Positions 13,501-26,085 of a DNA stretch of 64,000 nt are shown piece after piece. The DNA lies in assembly GCA_028534125.1 (NCBI GenBank), contig CM052817.1, positions 38,690,001-38,754,000 on the forward strand, read 5' to 3'. The DNA is from Lama glama. Its lineage: Eukaryota. The notes below the pieces were generated by a model that made no database searches, was not told the origin of the DNA, and saw only the letters and a program-made list of their open reading frames with translations. The position numbers and the translations under genes were made by a program. Within the stretch, counting starts at the first letter, position 1. Each line of letters opens with the position of its first letter.

Positions 13501-16500
13501 TTCTTCTCTTGTGGAATTAAGGAGTTACTTAGAAAAGATATGTTAAGTTTTTAGCCAAGCTACTCAAAGGCCATTAATTACTTGATAAATACATTTTACA
13601 AATTTAGGTTACTTTCTTGTTCTATACCCTTCTATAATTTAAATGATGACAAACTGTTTAAAGGATTTAAATAATTTTTCAAGCATTTCCAGAGGATTTT
13701 CAAGCATTAACACAAGAGATTAGAATAAGAAATACTGTCTGAGCTCATTGCAATAATTATCTCCTTGCTATTTAAATAACCCCCTGTTGGCAGTGCAAAC
13801 ACTTTTCTCTTGTGAAACAAAATAGAGTTTATACTGGAAAACTAGTTCTTACACACAATAATCTTTGTAAATATTTTGAAAACCCCTAATAACATTACCC
13901 CCCAAATAATTATTCTAAGATTTGTCCCCACTATTATTAAATTTTGCCTGTCTCTTCTATATTGGTTTATAAACCTCTTATTGAGCATCTAAGAAATAAA
14001 TGTTCCCTTAATTTTTTATCATTTTGTAAGTCTCTGAAACACTGTAAGAGCCTATGCTGTTTCCTTCCCCTTACTTGCTTAAATAACTAAAATGTAAATG
14101 AAAAGGAATTAAATGTTCCATGATCAAGTTGAGGAAAGATAATAAATTTTCAAATTATTGAATGTAACTAATGTGCTTGGCATTTCACAAAAAGGATGTG
14201 ATTTTACGTACACGGTACACAAAGGCTGTGAGGAAAGATTTTATAGATGTGAGAAACCCAAGACTCAAGGGAATTAAGACCCTTTCACCTGAAGTTACCT
14301 ATCTTATACGGGCATATTTGTACAGGATTGACCGAAAAGTGCCTGTTCTTTTCTTCCCTTTCACTGCTGAAGAGTACTTTAAACATGGTAGTTCTTGTTC
14401 TGAATTATACTCTACATTATAAACATTGAAGTATAAACAAAACAATGAGTCAGCAATTTGATATACTTAAGTATTTCTTGGTAAATTAGGAGAAAAGGAG
14501 AAATCTGAGTTTTTTCCATCACTGAGATTATCTGAGTAATCGAGAATACCAGTAAACCCATTTAGCTGACTGATATATATACACCCATTTTCATCTGATA
14601 AATATTAAGTAACGATGGCACAATAGCTTGATTACACCTGGTTAATGTCTGTCATTGTGTTGTGAGTTTACTGAAATAAATGTTGATTAATTTAGTGCAT
14701 CTTCAGAAAAATTAAAAAATTTTTACATTCTAGTTGCTACTTGATGCTAAAAAAATAAATAGTCTAGAATCAAGTTGCCAAGAATTCTGTAATTTAAAAT
14801 GGGCACATGAATATGAGTAAGCGAGAAGGGCTGGGCCAGGAGGTGGGAGTCCTGGATTCCCATTCAGTTCTTTTTCCCTGGGAGATTTTGAGCAAGTTGT
14901 TCTTGTCTTGGGGACTCACAGAATGGTAGAATTAATTTTCTCTTTGGCCCACTTGCTTAAGTTGGAATGAGGAGCAAAGGAAATGGTCTGAAAATGCTTT
15001 GAAACTCTATAAATAAAGATTGAGGCTTGACTTTTTAATGTCATAGCCCTCTTTGAAAACTGGAGATCCCTTAAAAAAATTATTTTGAAGTTTTAGAGGA
15101 TCATGAATCCCCTAAATCCTACCCACACACTCTAGATTATGAACTGAATTGTAGGCTAAGGAAACAGAGCAGATCTATGTACAATCTAAAATGTTAGCTA
15201 ATTTGCACAAGTTTTATAATTCATTTCAAATGTTATTTTTGGCCCGAGTGTTTTCCAGGATGATAAATACCAACACGTAGTAGGCTGTTTGAATGTATTT
15301 GTTGAAATCTTTATATTTACACTTGGAAAACTTAGACACATTTTCTGAGAATGAAATATGTTGAACAACTTTGAACTGGACCGACTGTCATTTTGTAGTT
15401 CAGGTGTTCTCCTCGGCCCGCACCTGTGGTCTAAACACTCTTCCCTGCGCCTGGACACCTGGCAGTATTGAGTGCTCTTGGCACAGTGGTCCTTCAGCAC
15501 AGACGGCCATTGGCAGAACCCCAGGCGGAGTGTGTCTTCCTGCTCCTCACCTGTGATGAGTCACATCGTGGCCTCCTGTTGGAGTCGAGCTAGAATGCAT
15601 AGCCATATGCCTGCAGCCACACATGGAATCCACTCAAAATTCTCAAGGACCAGCATGTTTAAGATGCTATTTTTCATGGTTTAAAAAAAAATCAATAGAC
15701 AGATGTTTAATAAATAAAGCTCTAGCCTTGCAGTAGTCTCTCATTTCTTAAGAAATGGCATACTGGCTTATGTAGCAAAATTAAAAATTAATCTTCAGGT
15801 TATTCCTGCTTTTCTACAGATTAAAAAACGAACTGCCCTTTTCTCAAGTTCTGTATATCTGTAATGTCCTCCCAACCTTCATTGTTCCTTTTGTAAGATG
15901 CCCTGTTTTTGTGTCTGAAATTAGCTAATTGCTGGCACGGTTAGTGGTGGTTGAAAAGGACTGATGATGCTTTCTGAAAGCTGAGTGTTATTGATTCTGG
16001 TGTGTGTTCTAACCCAGTGGTTGGGCTCTTTCTTTCTTAACTGCAGCTCTAGCCAGGGATGCATTTTACACTGTGATTCAATATATACAAATACACCCTT
16101 ACCTAAAATACGTTTCATGAAATAATAATTACCCTTCCTACGTGTATTCCAATATCTTCTATTTCATTCATTTTTTTCATTGGAGTATAGTTGATTTACA
16201 GTATTATATTCTATTCCACTTTTTAAAAAATTGCTTGTCATGATCCACGGAATGAGTTAACAAGATATCATTTTATTTAATTTGTATATTTCAAACTGTA
16301 ATGTAAACTCTTCAGCAGGTACCCCAAGTATAATCCTTCATATAGAAAAAAAATTAATTAAAAATAGAAAACATTGTGGGTTGTTTTTTTTTTTTGGGTT
16401 GTGTCAGATGTTTTGAGGTGAGGTTTAACTTTCTATTCTCTTACTCTTCATACATATGCTCATCTATTAAACAGCATACTAATTGTAAGATTTGTAATCC

Positions 16501-16854
16501 CTTTATTTGTTGAACTTGCTGTAACTAACTTAATTGGAAATGCTTGTTGCTTGTCCAGTTAATTTTTTACATTTAATGTTGTACATTTTATCCAAATTGT
16601 GGCAAAGCCAGCAGGAACGTTGAGTGCCATGATTCATAATTTGCCATTTAGAGAGATTTCTCAAAATTAGCTTTGCCTCCACCTTTTCTGTTTAAAGAGG
16701 TAGAAAAAAATATTTTAGATAGAATTTTTTATTTTTCAGATTTTTAATAAGTTCTTCCATGCATGCTTGACCCAGTCAAGGCGATGACATTTTGACTGTT
16801 TGTGTATGAACATCTCCCTGCAGAATTAGAAGTGTTTATCACCAACCAGCCAAG

Positions 16855-17034
16855 ATGAACATGGTGAAGAGGATCATGGGGCGGCCGAGGCAGGAGGAGT
16901 GCAGCCCACAAGACAACGCCTTAGGACTGATGCACCTCCGCCGTCTCTTCACTGAGTTATGCCATCCTCCCCGGCACATGACTCAGAAGGAACAAGAAGA
17001 GAAGCTGTACATGATGCTGCCAGTGTTTAACAGG
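16855..17034 (+). CDS. WDFY3: WDFY3 first coding exon, aa 1-60 (exon begins at 16824 with 31 nt of 5'UTR)
   Basis: Acceptor ctccctgcag|AATTAG at 16823/16824, ATG at 16855, MNMVKRIMG...LPVFNR, donor AGG|gtgagt (phase 0). Confidence 0.97.
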
Positions 17035-17544
17035 GTGAGTCCAGGTCGCCAAGCACATGCCTTCTAGGATGGGGTGGTACTTCAGGAATCTTGAGATAGG
17101 AAAAAAAACTATAGAATGAGTTAATTTTTAAGACGCTTGATGTCTTCATTTCTTCCTTTCAATTTGCTATAATGTGACGTGAGACCTGGTCAGAATGAAC
17201 TCCCCTTAGTTCTAACAGATAAAAGGAAGATTATGAGTATTTTGTGAAATGTTCCCCTAATGGCTGATATTTGTTAGGAAGGTAGGTTGTAAATTACCAC
17301 TTAGTTATTTCCATTATCTTTTGACGTGATGGTTTATGACATCAAATGGTACAGTTGCCCAAGGGCTTTTTACACTTTGAAGAATCATTTTAGTTTGCTT
17401 TATTCTGTCGCAGGTTTTCTATAGAGATTTAGTTATAGAGTTATAGGCTCTAGAGAGTCAAAATAGAGTTAATGTTTTATTGCCTTTTGTTGAGTTGATT
17501 ACATGTAGCAGTCTTAGTGGGGATTTAAAAAATATTCTTTAAAT

Positions 17545-19080
17545 TTTTTATCACAGATTTATATGCACATAGTTTTAAAAAGTCAAATAGTTCCATAGGC
17601 TTATAGGTGCCCTGCTGCTCTCCACTGCTAATTGCAGTGCCACTCTTGGGTCTTCCAGCTTTTACATAACGTACTTCAATATACCAAATAACTGCTGCTG
17701 CGTGATTGTTCAGTTCTGATTGACTTCTTACTGAGGAATGTGAGAATTAGCTTTTTTACCTCCTCACTATGCATACATATATTCCTTCATACGTACTACC
17801 CTCCTCCTTACCTTTCCCCACAATTATACCATTTGTTGAAACAAGATTCAGTGTTTATACTCTGCTGACCCTGGTGTAAATATTATTCATAGATGAACTT
17901 TATAGTAGATCACTATTATTTTTCCATCTTTATAGAACTTGTTTTCCCGAGACTTTATAAAATAACTATCTCAATTTATGCCTTTCTTCGTGTCTCCTTT
18001 TCTCTCTCGTCTTTTCCTCTCCCTTCCCCCGTCCTTCTCTGCCCTGCTCTGACTCTGCCCTTCTCCTAGCTCTTGCTCCTTCCCTTCCTGTTTCTCTCTC
18101 TTTCTCCCCAACTCTGGTGCCCTTTCTCCCTCTCCTCCCCTCCCTGTCTCTTCCCTCCCCACGTCTCTCTCACTGTCTCTCTCCCTCCTTTCTCTTCCCT
18201 TGTTCCTCCCCCTCCCATGTCCTTCTCTTTCCCCTGCATCTGTGACTCCTTGTCTCCCTGAAAAGTCTCACTTGGTCTCTTTATTGTTTGTTCTCTGGGT
18301 CTGCTAGTATGTCTGAAAATTTCTAGGTTCTTCTTTTTCTCATTATTTTGAAATTTTACTGAGGCTTCCTGATTAACGTTAATCTGCAGACTTGTTCTTT
18401 TCAATTCTGGGAAAATATTTTGAAATTCTTTTGGTGAATATTCTCCCCTTTGTGTTTTACATGTTGCCCTTTTCCACAACTCTGTCAATCAGATACTAAC
18501 TCTTCTGGGCTGACCTTCTGCTGTCATCTTTTTAATTTCCTTAAATTTTTTCTCTTTTCATTCTCTTAAAATTATATAGTGTCTCCCTATCTCTCAGAAA
18601 ATTTTAAAGCTTTGTCAAATTTTCTTATGCTTCTTTCATTGTTATTTGCTCCAAATAACTGTTTTACTTGGTTTATATTATTTTCTTTAATATTAGAGTA
18701 ATATTCAGATGTCTGGTGATAACTGTTTATACATTGATAAATATTTAAGAATGAGATGTTGAAACACTGATTGGAAATTATGTAGGGGTGAGACTTTTCC
18801 AACGGTAAGATAATCTGGCTGGATAAAACGCGGAGACCCTTCAACCTAGGATGTGTTGATGTTTCAGGAGCGAGTATTTTCCAGTCTCCTGCCTGGAGCA
18901 TGTACATCAGCTAATGTTTTCTTAAAGCGAAGTTGAGCAAGGCTAGTGTCTCATGTTCAGTAGACAGACATTCAGTTGATCTCCAGTTTGTGCCTGTCAG
19001 TGTTCTTGGTTGTGCTGCTGTCACTGTTGTTCTTCTCTGGGGCTTAGACCTCCAGATGTCTGCTGCACGTGAGAGGGGCT
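17545..19080 (-). mobile_element. Degraded HAL1/L1ME-like fragment
   Basis: Begins aaaagtcaaatagttccataggcttat, similar to 29380 (tcaaatagttaaaaggcttat), with ORF1-like antisense motifs (ttcaattctgggaaaat...). Boundaries approximate. Confidence 0.5.
17980..18260. repeat. CT-rich low-complexity polypyrimidine tract (~280 bp)
   Basis: Almost entirely C/T on the + strand. It explains the spurious G/E/R-rich and S/L/P-rich ORFs here. Confidence 0.9.
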
Positions 19081-19699
19081 TCAATTTCTGGGCTTTAAAA
19101 TAAGAATAAGAATATCTACCTTCTGGAGTTGGTATGAGAACTAAGTAGATAATGTACTTAAAGCACTTAACAAATGTTTGTCCTCGGGAACTTTTGTCTG
19201 TTATTGTTATTGTTGGTACTGCATTAAAAATAAAGACTTGCAGGAGAAAGCAAAGATTATAAATTGTTTGTGCTGAAATACATTCATGTTTTGTGTTACG
19301 CCAAGCCAAAAGCTAATTTGTCACCAAAGAGCGGTAGAACCTGTGTATTCCATGCTTATTTGTTTGCTTGTCCCTTCATTTATACTATTATTGTGAACTG
19401 CTGATTCATTTGATGAAATTTATATCAGTTGGACATTGTGCCACTTTACTGAATATTGGAGTTTCTGAGAAAAGATACAGTCCAGTCTTGTGAATCTGAA
19501 GTACAATGAAGAAGAAAAACATACAATTCTGTTGGAGAAGAGGTAGGTGCATAAACCAATAATGGAGTAACAAAGAAATGTAGTATCAGAGACATGAAAT
19601 TCAAGCATGAGTCAAGGGAAAAGGCCAAACGTTTTGATACGTGCTAGCATCTATTAACGGTCCAAAAAGTTGATTTTATGTCAAGGAGAGGCAAAAAGT

Positions 19700-21200
19700 A
19701 AGACTGTCAAGACTGACAGGAGGCACATCATGACAGGTTTTATGTCATATTAAGAGCTGTACTTTTTCCTGGAGGCGTGCAGAGCCAGTGAAGTATATTC
19801 TAAGCAATAAAATAAGAGAGGAGAAGGAGCCAAAGCAAGAATGTCTCCTCGGTTTCTAATTTGGGTGGATGTTTTTCCCAGCAGCTAAGAAAGAAGGTGT
19901 AGAGGATAGATTCTGTTTGGGGCACTATTTGTGAGCTTCCCAGGTGGAGGTATTCAGTTGTCAGTTAGAAGCTCAGGTGAGGAGTTGTGGCTGGATATGT
20001 ATTTTGGGGACTACCGCAGAGATGTGGTAGTTGGAACCCTGGAAGGGGACGGGACAGGAGATTACTCATGGCTCACGCTCCACATGAGAAAAGCAGTAGC
20101 CAAGGATGAAGCCTGGAGAATATGACTGAGTAATGAAAGAGGGGAACGCATAAAGATTACAGAACAGGAACTGGCCAGTAGCAGTACAGAAAGAATCAGG
20201 AGAGGGTGATTATGGAACTCAAGAGATAGAAGTTGCAGGAAGGAGGAGAGCAGTCAGCACTGTCATGTACAATAGAGAGACCCGATAAGATAAGGACTGA
20301 AAAGTGTGCATGAGGTTTGCCAGTTGGAAAGTCACTAGATGGTGGAGCCAGAAAGCAATGAATTGAGTTGTGGTTGGGAGACGAGATGAGATGTTATGTA
20401 CTCGGCTTGTAGAATCGTGGAAGATGAGAGAACAAAAGAGATTGATGGAGGTGAATCTGGCAATAAGAACATTTGTATTTATGTTTCTAGTATTTTACTT
20501 TGTTTTTAAAAGTGGGAAAGATCCAGGCATGCTCATGAAGAGAAGGGAAGAAACCAGCAGAGGGGGGAATTTGGAAATTTTTAAGAGAGTGAAATTGAGA
20601 GGAGAGCATGGGTTCAAATTACAGATGGGTGGGTGAGCTTTGAACAAGAGAGAGACACAGCATCCTGCAGGAGAGCATGTTTTGTTGGGTACGACACAGA
20701 TTTATATGAAGGTAGTGGGACATTGAGTGAGATCTTGCTTGATGACCTCAGTTTCCTGTAGTTATCAACAGCAGATGAGGTCTGTTAAAAGTCTGAGGAA
20801 GTAGGTTGAGTAGGGGACCTCAGGGCATTGTGATGGTTTGCAATATTACTGAAAAGGAATGAGAGAAAGAATCAAAAAGGGACAACAAAAGAATTAAAAA
20901 ATATTGAGGGCCCAGTGAAGATTAGAGAAAGTAAATTTGTACTGGATCTTATCCATGCAGATGTGTGAATTTTCTCTTGCAGGCACAAAGCAGAGTGTGT
21001 GTAGAAGTAGAGAAGGAAGACGGATACATTATTTATTGGGATTTAAGTTTTGCTAGGCTGGTAAAGCAGAAGAGCAGGAGTAGAAGGATGAACATAGTAA
21101 GAGAGACTAGTTCACATATCACCCATGGGGTTGGATCGGGTAGAATAGGAGCAGAGGATGGAGATATCAGTGTATTTGGGGGAGGTGTTCATTTTGTAAT
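19700..21200 (-). mobile_element. L2 LINE internal fragments
   Basis: Purine-rich sequence with L2 antisense motifs (gaagctcaggtgaggagttgtggctggatatgtattttgggg, gataagataaggactgaaaagtgt). Confidence 0.65.
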
Positions 21201-21784
21201 GTATGAAATAAGAAGCTGAGAATGATGGAAGAGGGAGATGATAGAGTAGGAGAATGAGGAGAGGTGGGGAAAGGTTTAAAATAGTTGTTTTGACAATGGA
21301 TGAGAGAATTGATTACAGACAAGCCATTTTTTCAAGCCCTGTTGAGGTGACAGTCATTAATTTTTTGGAAACAGTTTCAGGAAGTTTGGCTTTGTTTTTG
21401 TTTTACTTCAGTATCACAGTGTCCTATTGGCTACTGAGTAGTTTGGAGTAATTCCCTTCTCTCAGACTCACAAACATTGACAAGGTGACGATAATGTTAA
21501 CAATAGTTAGGGCGATTGTTATTTTCAGCTGTTAACATAAATTAATAATATGTTGCATATGTGTCCCATCGCACGTCATCAGGCTTTCCCAGTCAGTTCA
21601 ACGAATCAGCTCAAAGAATCATGCAAATACTTGTTTGTTGATTTAAGTAGACTTGAGATGTTCTAGTGATTATTCTTTGTTGCATAGACTGTTTGACTTA
21701 GTTCTCTTGTGTTCTCTGTTGCCATTAAGTCTCTAACTATTCTTTCAAGTCAGAAGTTTTTAGTTGGCCCATTAAAAGTACATA

Positions 21785-22187
21785 AACAGTGGAATATTTC
21801 TCTCTTAGCCATAAAAAAGAATGAAATAATGCCATTTGCAGGAACATGGATGGACCTGGAGACTATCATGTTAAGTGAAGTAAGGTCAGAGAAAGACAAA
21901 TATCATATGATATCACTTCTATGTGGAATCTTAAAAAAATTACAAATGAACTTATTTAACAAACCAGAAATAGACTCACAATCATAGAAAACAAACTGTG
22001 GTTACCAAAGGGGAAAGGGGCGGGGAGGTGGAATAAATTAGGAATTTGGGATTGACATGTAGACACTACTATATATAAAAAAGATAAACAACAAGGACCT
22101 ACTGTAGAGCACAGGGAACTATATTCAATATCTTGTAATAACCTGTAATGGAAAAGAATCTGAAAAGGAATATATATGTAAAAAAAA
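21785..22187 (+). mobile_element. L1 3' end (cetartiodactyl-type), sense to the gene
   Basis: ORF2 C-terminus AIKKNEIMPFAGTWMDLETIMLSEV followed by the L1 3'UTR and an A run. Confidence 0.92.
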
Positions 22188-24085
22188 GCACATGTGTATA
22201 CATTGCCTTAGACCTCACAATGAGTGATTTAAGTATCATAAAGATTCATTCATCTCTTAACTAATGAAAAGATAAAGTCATTTCTGTACCATTGTGACTA
22301 ATTTTGTAATATATATAAATTTTGTTCATTGGCTTATTAACAAAGTAAAATTGTCCTTAGATAAGGCATCAAATCTATTAAATTTTTAAATAGATAACCA
22401 TATTTATTTAATGTTAACAATTTGTACATGAACATTCTCCACTAGTAAGAAGTAACTTGGGTGAGTGAATAGCTCAATATGGCTCCAGACTTCCTGCCAT
22501 GATTGCCCAAAATGAACTGTACCATCAGTGTTTGAGAGTTTGCTTGATTCATACTAAATGGCAAATAAACCATATTACTGTTAGACATGGGCATCCATCT
22601 ACAGAATCGTTTTTGAAGTGTGCTCAGCAGTGTTATTCCAGTGTGTGGCTTCTGCCTTTAAGAGACACAGGTTGAGAAATGACATGTGTTGAGTCCTTTT
22701 CTGGGCCAGGTCTCATGCTGGGTTCTTCAGCTGCCTCCTGTGGTCTTCCTCACAGTCCTGCAAGGACCCTGCTGGTACCTTCCCTCTCACTGATTCTCTC
22801 AAATGGAAAGATTATGGTGCATTCTGAGAATAGCTTGATAACATTTAAACAGCATTCTTAAAAAAAATTAACCTTTAGTCCCAAGAACAAAAGCTTACAG
22901 AAGAAATACTTGCTTTAAACTTATTCAAAAAGGAATAACGTTTAGTCATCAAAAATTTAACTGCCGTTGTTAATTACCTTGGTATATGTTATCACACTTC
23001 ATTGTGTGTGTTAAAATATAATCTTTACTAACTAGAGTTCTTTTAAAATCTCCTCTAATTTTTGAATTTATTTCTAATTTATATTCAAGAAACATCTAAG
23101 TTGAACCTAGTGTCTCTTTTTTACTCCTTACAGGTAACCTTTATTTTTCAAATTGTTGGCTCTAAAAGAAGGATACTCAAATTTAGAACCAAATGAGAGA
23201 GAGATCAAGGGTCAGACAGAGGAACTATTTACGTAAATGCAGCTTATATTTACAGATATACAGCTTTGTTACTTATTGTATGATACCAATGCAGTTGATG
23301 TTGGAGGATTGAAGTTAGGTCTGTGCAACCAAGGACTTGCTAATTTCACCCCTGCAAGAGTTAAGTTTACTTACCCAGTCATTGGCAAAACTAGATAAGC
23401 CACACCCAGAGCAGATGAGAGTGCATGTTCTCAGGAGGCAGGCATACCCTAGAAGGAGAGAGAAGGACTGAGATACACGTTCTCAGTGTACTCTCCCAGA
23501 AGTTGGCGGTCCTTCTTAGAAACAAGAAGAGCATAAGTGTTTACCTAATGATTTATATTAATTGGTGAGAAATCTTAACTCACAATATGAGATAATGAAA
23601 GTACAACTTCGTTGTCAATTTTTAAAATCTGTTATGTATATAGCACATTATTCAAAACTAATGATGGCCAGTACTCTCTAACTTAATTTTAGATATTATG
23701 TATATTTAAGGGGAAAAGACACCATTTTAGAAAACTTTGTGAAAATTCCAGCCTCTCTGTTATTAATATTTTAAAATTTTATTGAACAGCTTCATAAGGT
23801 AATATATATATTGAGTCTCTGCTTTCTGCATGCTGTTAGGTAACACCATTCCTTTATTCTCCCTGAGTATACCAAAAATACTTAGTTGAAGAGCAGCTAG
23901 GAAATTTTCTGAAATTTATTTAGATGGATATTAAAAATGACCCTTCTAAAAACAAGTCAAACTATACTAATTACCTCTTAAGGTGAATACTGTACAAAGT
24001 TTTAGTGATAGGGTTCATGTGAAGTTTAATTGAGAAATACAGTACTTAGTGACAAAGAGCACAGCTTGGAATCAGACCTAATTTT

Positions 24086-24568
24086 TTTTTAAATTAAAAT
24101 ATAGTCAATGTTGTGTTAGCTTCTGGTGTATACCATAGTGATTCAGTTACACATGTATATTCTTTTTCATATTTTTGGTTATTGCAAGAAAATTGAATAT
24201 AGTTTCCTGGGCTATACAGTAGGACCTTGTTGTTTAACTGTTTTATATATAGCAGTCCACACCTACAAGTCCCAAACTCCTAGTTCCTCTTTGGTAACCG
24301 TAAGTTTGTTTTCTATGTGTGTGAGTCTATCTCAGTTTTGTAAATAAGTTCATTTGTGTGATTTTTTTTANNNNNNNNNNNNNNNNNNNNNNNNNNNNNN
24401 NNNNNNNNNNNNNNNNNNNNNNNNNNNNNNNNNNNNNNNNNNNNNNNNNNNNNNNNNNNNNNNNNNNNNNTCTCTGTCTGACTTACTTCACTTAGTATGA
24501 TCATCTCTAGGTCCATCCATGTTCCTGCAGATGGCTTTATTTCATTCTTTTTATGGCTAAGTAGTATT

Positions 24569-24601
<33 letters not shown>

Positions 24602-25024
24602 CACAGCTTTCTCCAGTCATCTGTCAGTGGACATTTAGGTTGCTTCCATGTCTTGGCTGTTGTAACTAGTGCTTCTGTGAACACTGGGCTATCTTTTTTA
24701 ATTAAAGTTTTCTCCAGATATTTGCACAGGAGTGGGATTGTTGAATCATATGGCAACTTTAGTTTTTTAAGGAATCGCCATACTATTTTCTATAATGGTA
24801 CACCAAATTACCTTTCCACTAACATGTAGGGGTGTTCCCTTTTCTCCACACCCTCTCCAGCATTTACTTTTTGTGGACTTTTTAACGATGGCCACTCTGA
24901 CCAGTGTGAGATGATACCTTTTTGTAGTTTTGATTTGCATTTTTCTCATAGTGATACTGAGCATTTTCTCATGTGCCTATTGACCATTTGTGTGTCTTCA
25001 TTGGAGAAATGTCTGTTTAGGAGA
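24086..25024 (-). mobile_element. 5'-truncated L1 inserted into a MIR
   Basis: ORF2 C-terminal peptides ([19 protein letters not shown]). 13-bp TSD cagacctaatttt at 24073-24085 and 25025-25037. Internal (TG)n at 24571-24599. Confidence 0.93.
24371..24470. other. Assembly gap (100 N)
   Basis: Run of exactly 100 N. Confidence 1.
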
Positions 25025-25599
25025 CAGACCTAATTTTGAATTCTCTCTCCACCACCTCTTATTGTTTACCTTCTCTAACTCTTAATTTCCTTGTCTCTAA
25101 AATGGGGATACTGTATAGAATTTAATGAAATTTGAATGACGTTACATGTCAAGTATTTGTCGGTGCTCATTATGTGATAATGATTGTTGTGCGTTTTTTC
25201 CTCGGTACTATTTTTTCATCTGGGTTATGAATGTCACATGTCTATTATAGACTCAACCCTCTGAGTTGAATGTATTACCACTTCTTTTGCTCGGCTCTCT
25301 CCTTTGACACATGAGGAAACTAAGAACCAGAAAATTTTGATCAGTAGTCAGTCCCTGAGGGTGAGAAGGAGAATCCAAGCCTCCTGGCTCCCAGCTTCAT
25401 GCTCCAGCCTCTGTGGAGCACATTTAAATGTGTGATTGAAGCATTGTCTGTTTCCTACTGTTTGTGGAGGGTAGTGAATACATACCTGATATTTTAAAAT
25501 TTAATTGTTAAAGTCAATTACAAAAAAATATCTAGTCTTTTCTTTGCTACCTTATATATTTGGTGTTATCTAAAATGTCAGGTTCATGTTTTAGCCCTT

Positions 25600-26085
25600 G
25601 TACTTCTCCAGCTTCATCTTGTACCATTTCACCTCTCATTCGAAACACTCCAGCTTCACCCACTTTTGACTCCTCAGCCGTCCAGTCTCTTGCCCATGCT
25701 GAGATCTTAGTACAGATCTCACTGCCTAGCACCGTCTTTCCTTATTGTGACTTTTTTTCTTTATTCAGAATGATCCTTCAGCATCAGTGTTGTCTCAGAG
25801 AAACCTTTTCTGACAGTCTTTTCCCACTTCAGGCATTCCCTTTCAGTTACCGTGTTTATTTCCTTTGTAATGTGTCACTATCCAACATAATTTTCATTTT
25901 TTAATTAACTTAACATTTGCCTCCTGTACTAAAATGTAAAATCCATGAGCACTGGAATCGTATTTGCTTTATTTGCCTTTGTATTCACAATTCTTTATTT
26001 ACTTTTGTGTTCATGACTCCAAATATATACGCCTGGCATTTATGGGAGACCAGTAAATATTTATGAGTGAATAAATGAAAGAATC
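25600..26085 (+). mobile_element. L2 LINE 3' end
   Basis: Ends gcctggcatttatgggagaccagtaaatatttatgagtgaataaatgaa, the typical L2 terminus. Confidence 0.7.

Larger units (their letters stand above)
24045..25185 (+). mobile_element. MIR split in two by the L1 (24045-24085 and 25025-25185)
   Basis: agagcacagcttggaatcagaccta rejoins ttgaattctctctccaccac...aatttccttgtctctaaaatggggata to give a MIR head and core. Confidence 0.75.

Noticed and set aside
17971..18488. 140-aa and 63-aa G/E/R/K-rich minus-strand ORFs
   Set aside because: Produced by the CT-rich low-complexity tract and adjacent LINE remnant.
18587..19309. Adjacent 106-aa and 132-aa minus-strand ORFs as a possible antisense gene
   Set aside because: They overlap HAL1- and MIR-like remnants, show no recognisable protein similarity and have no supporting splice structure.
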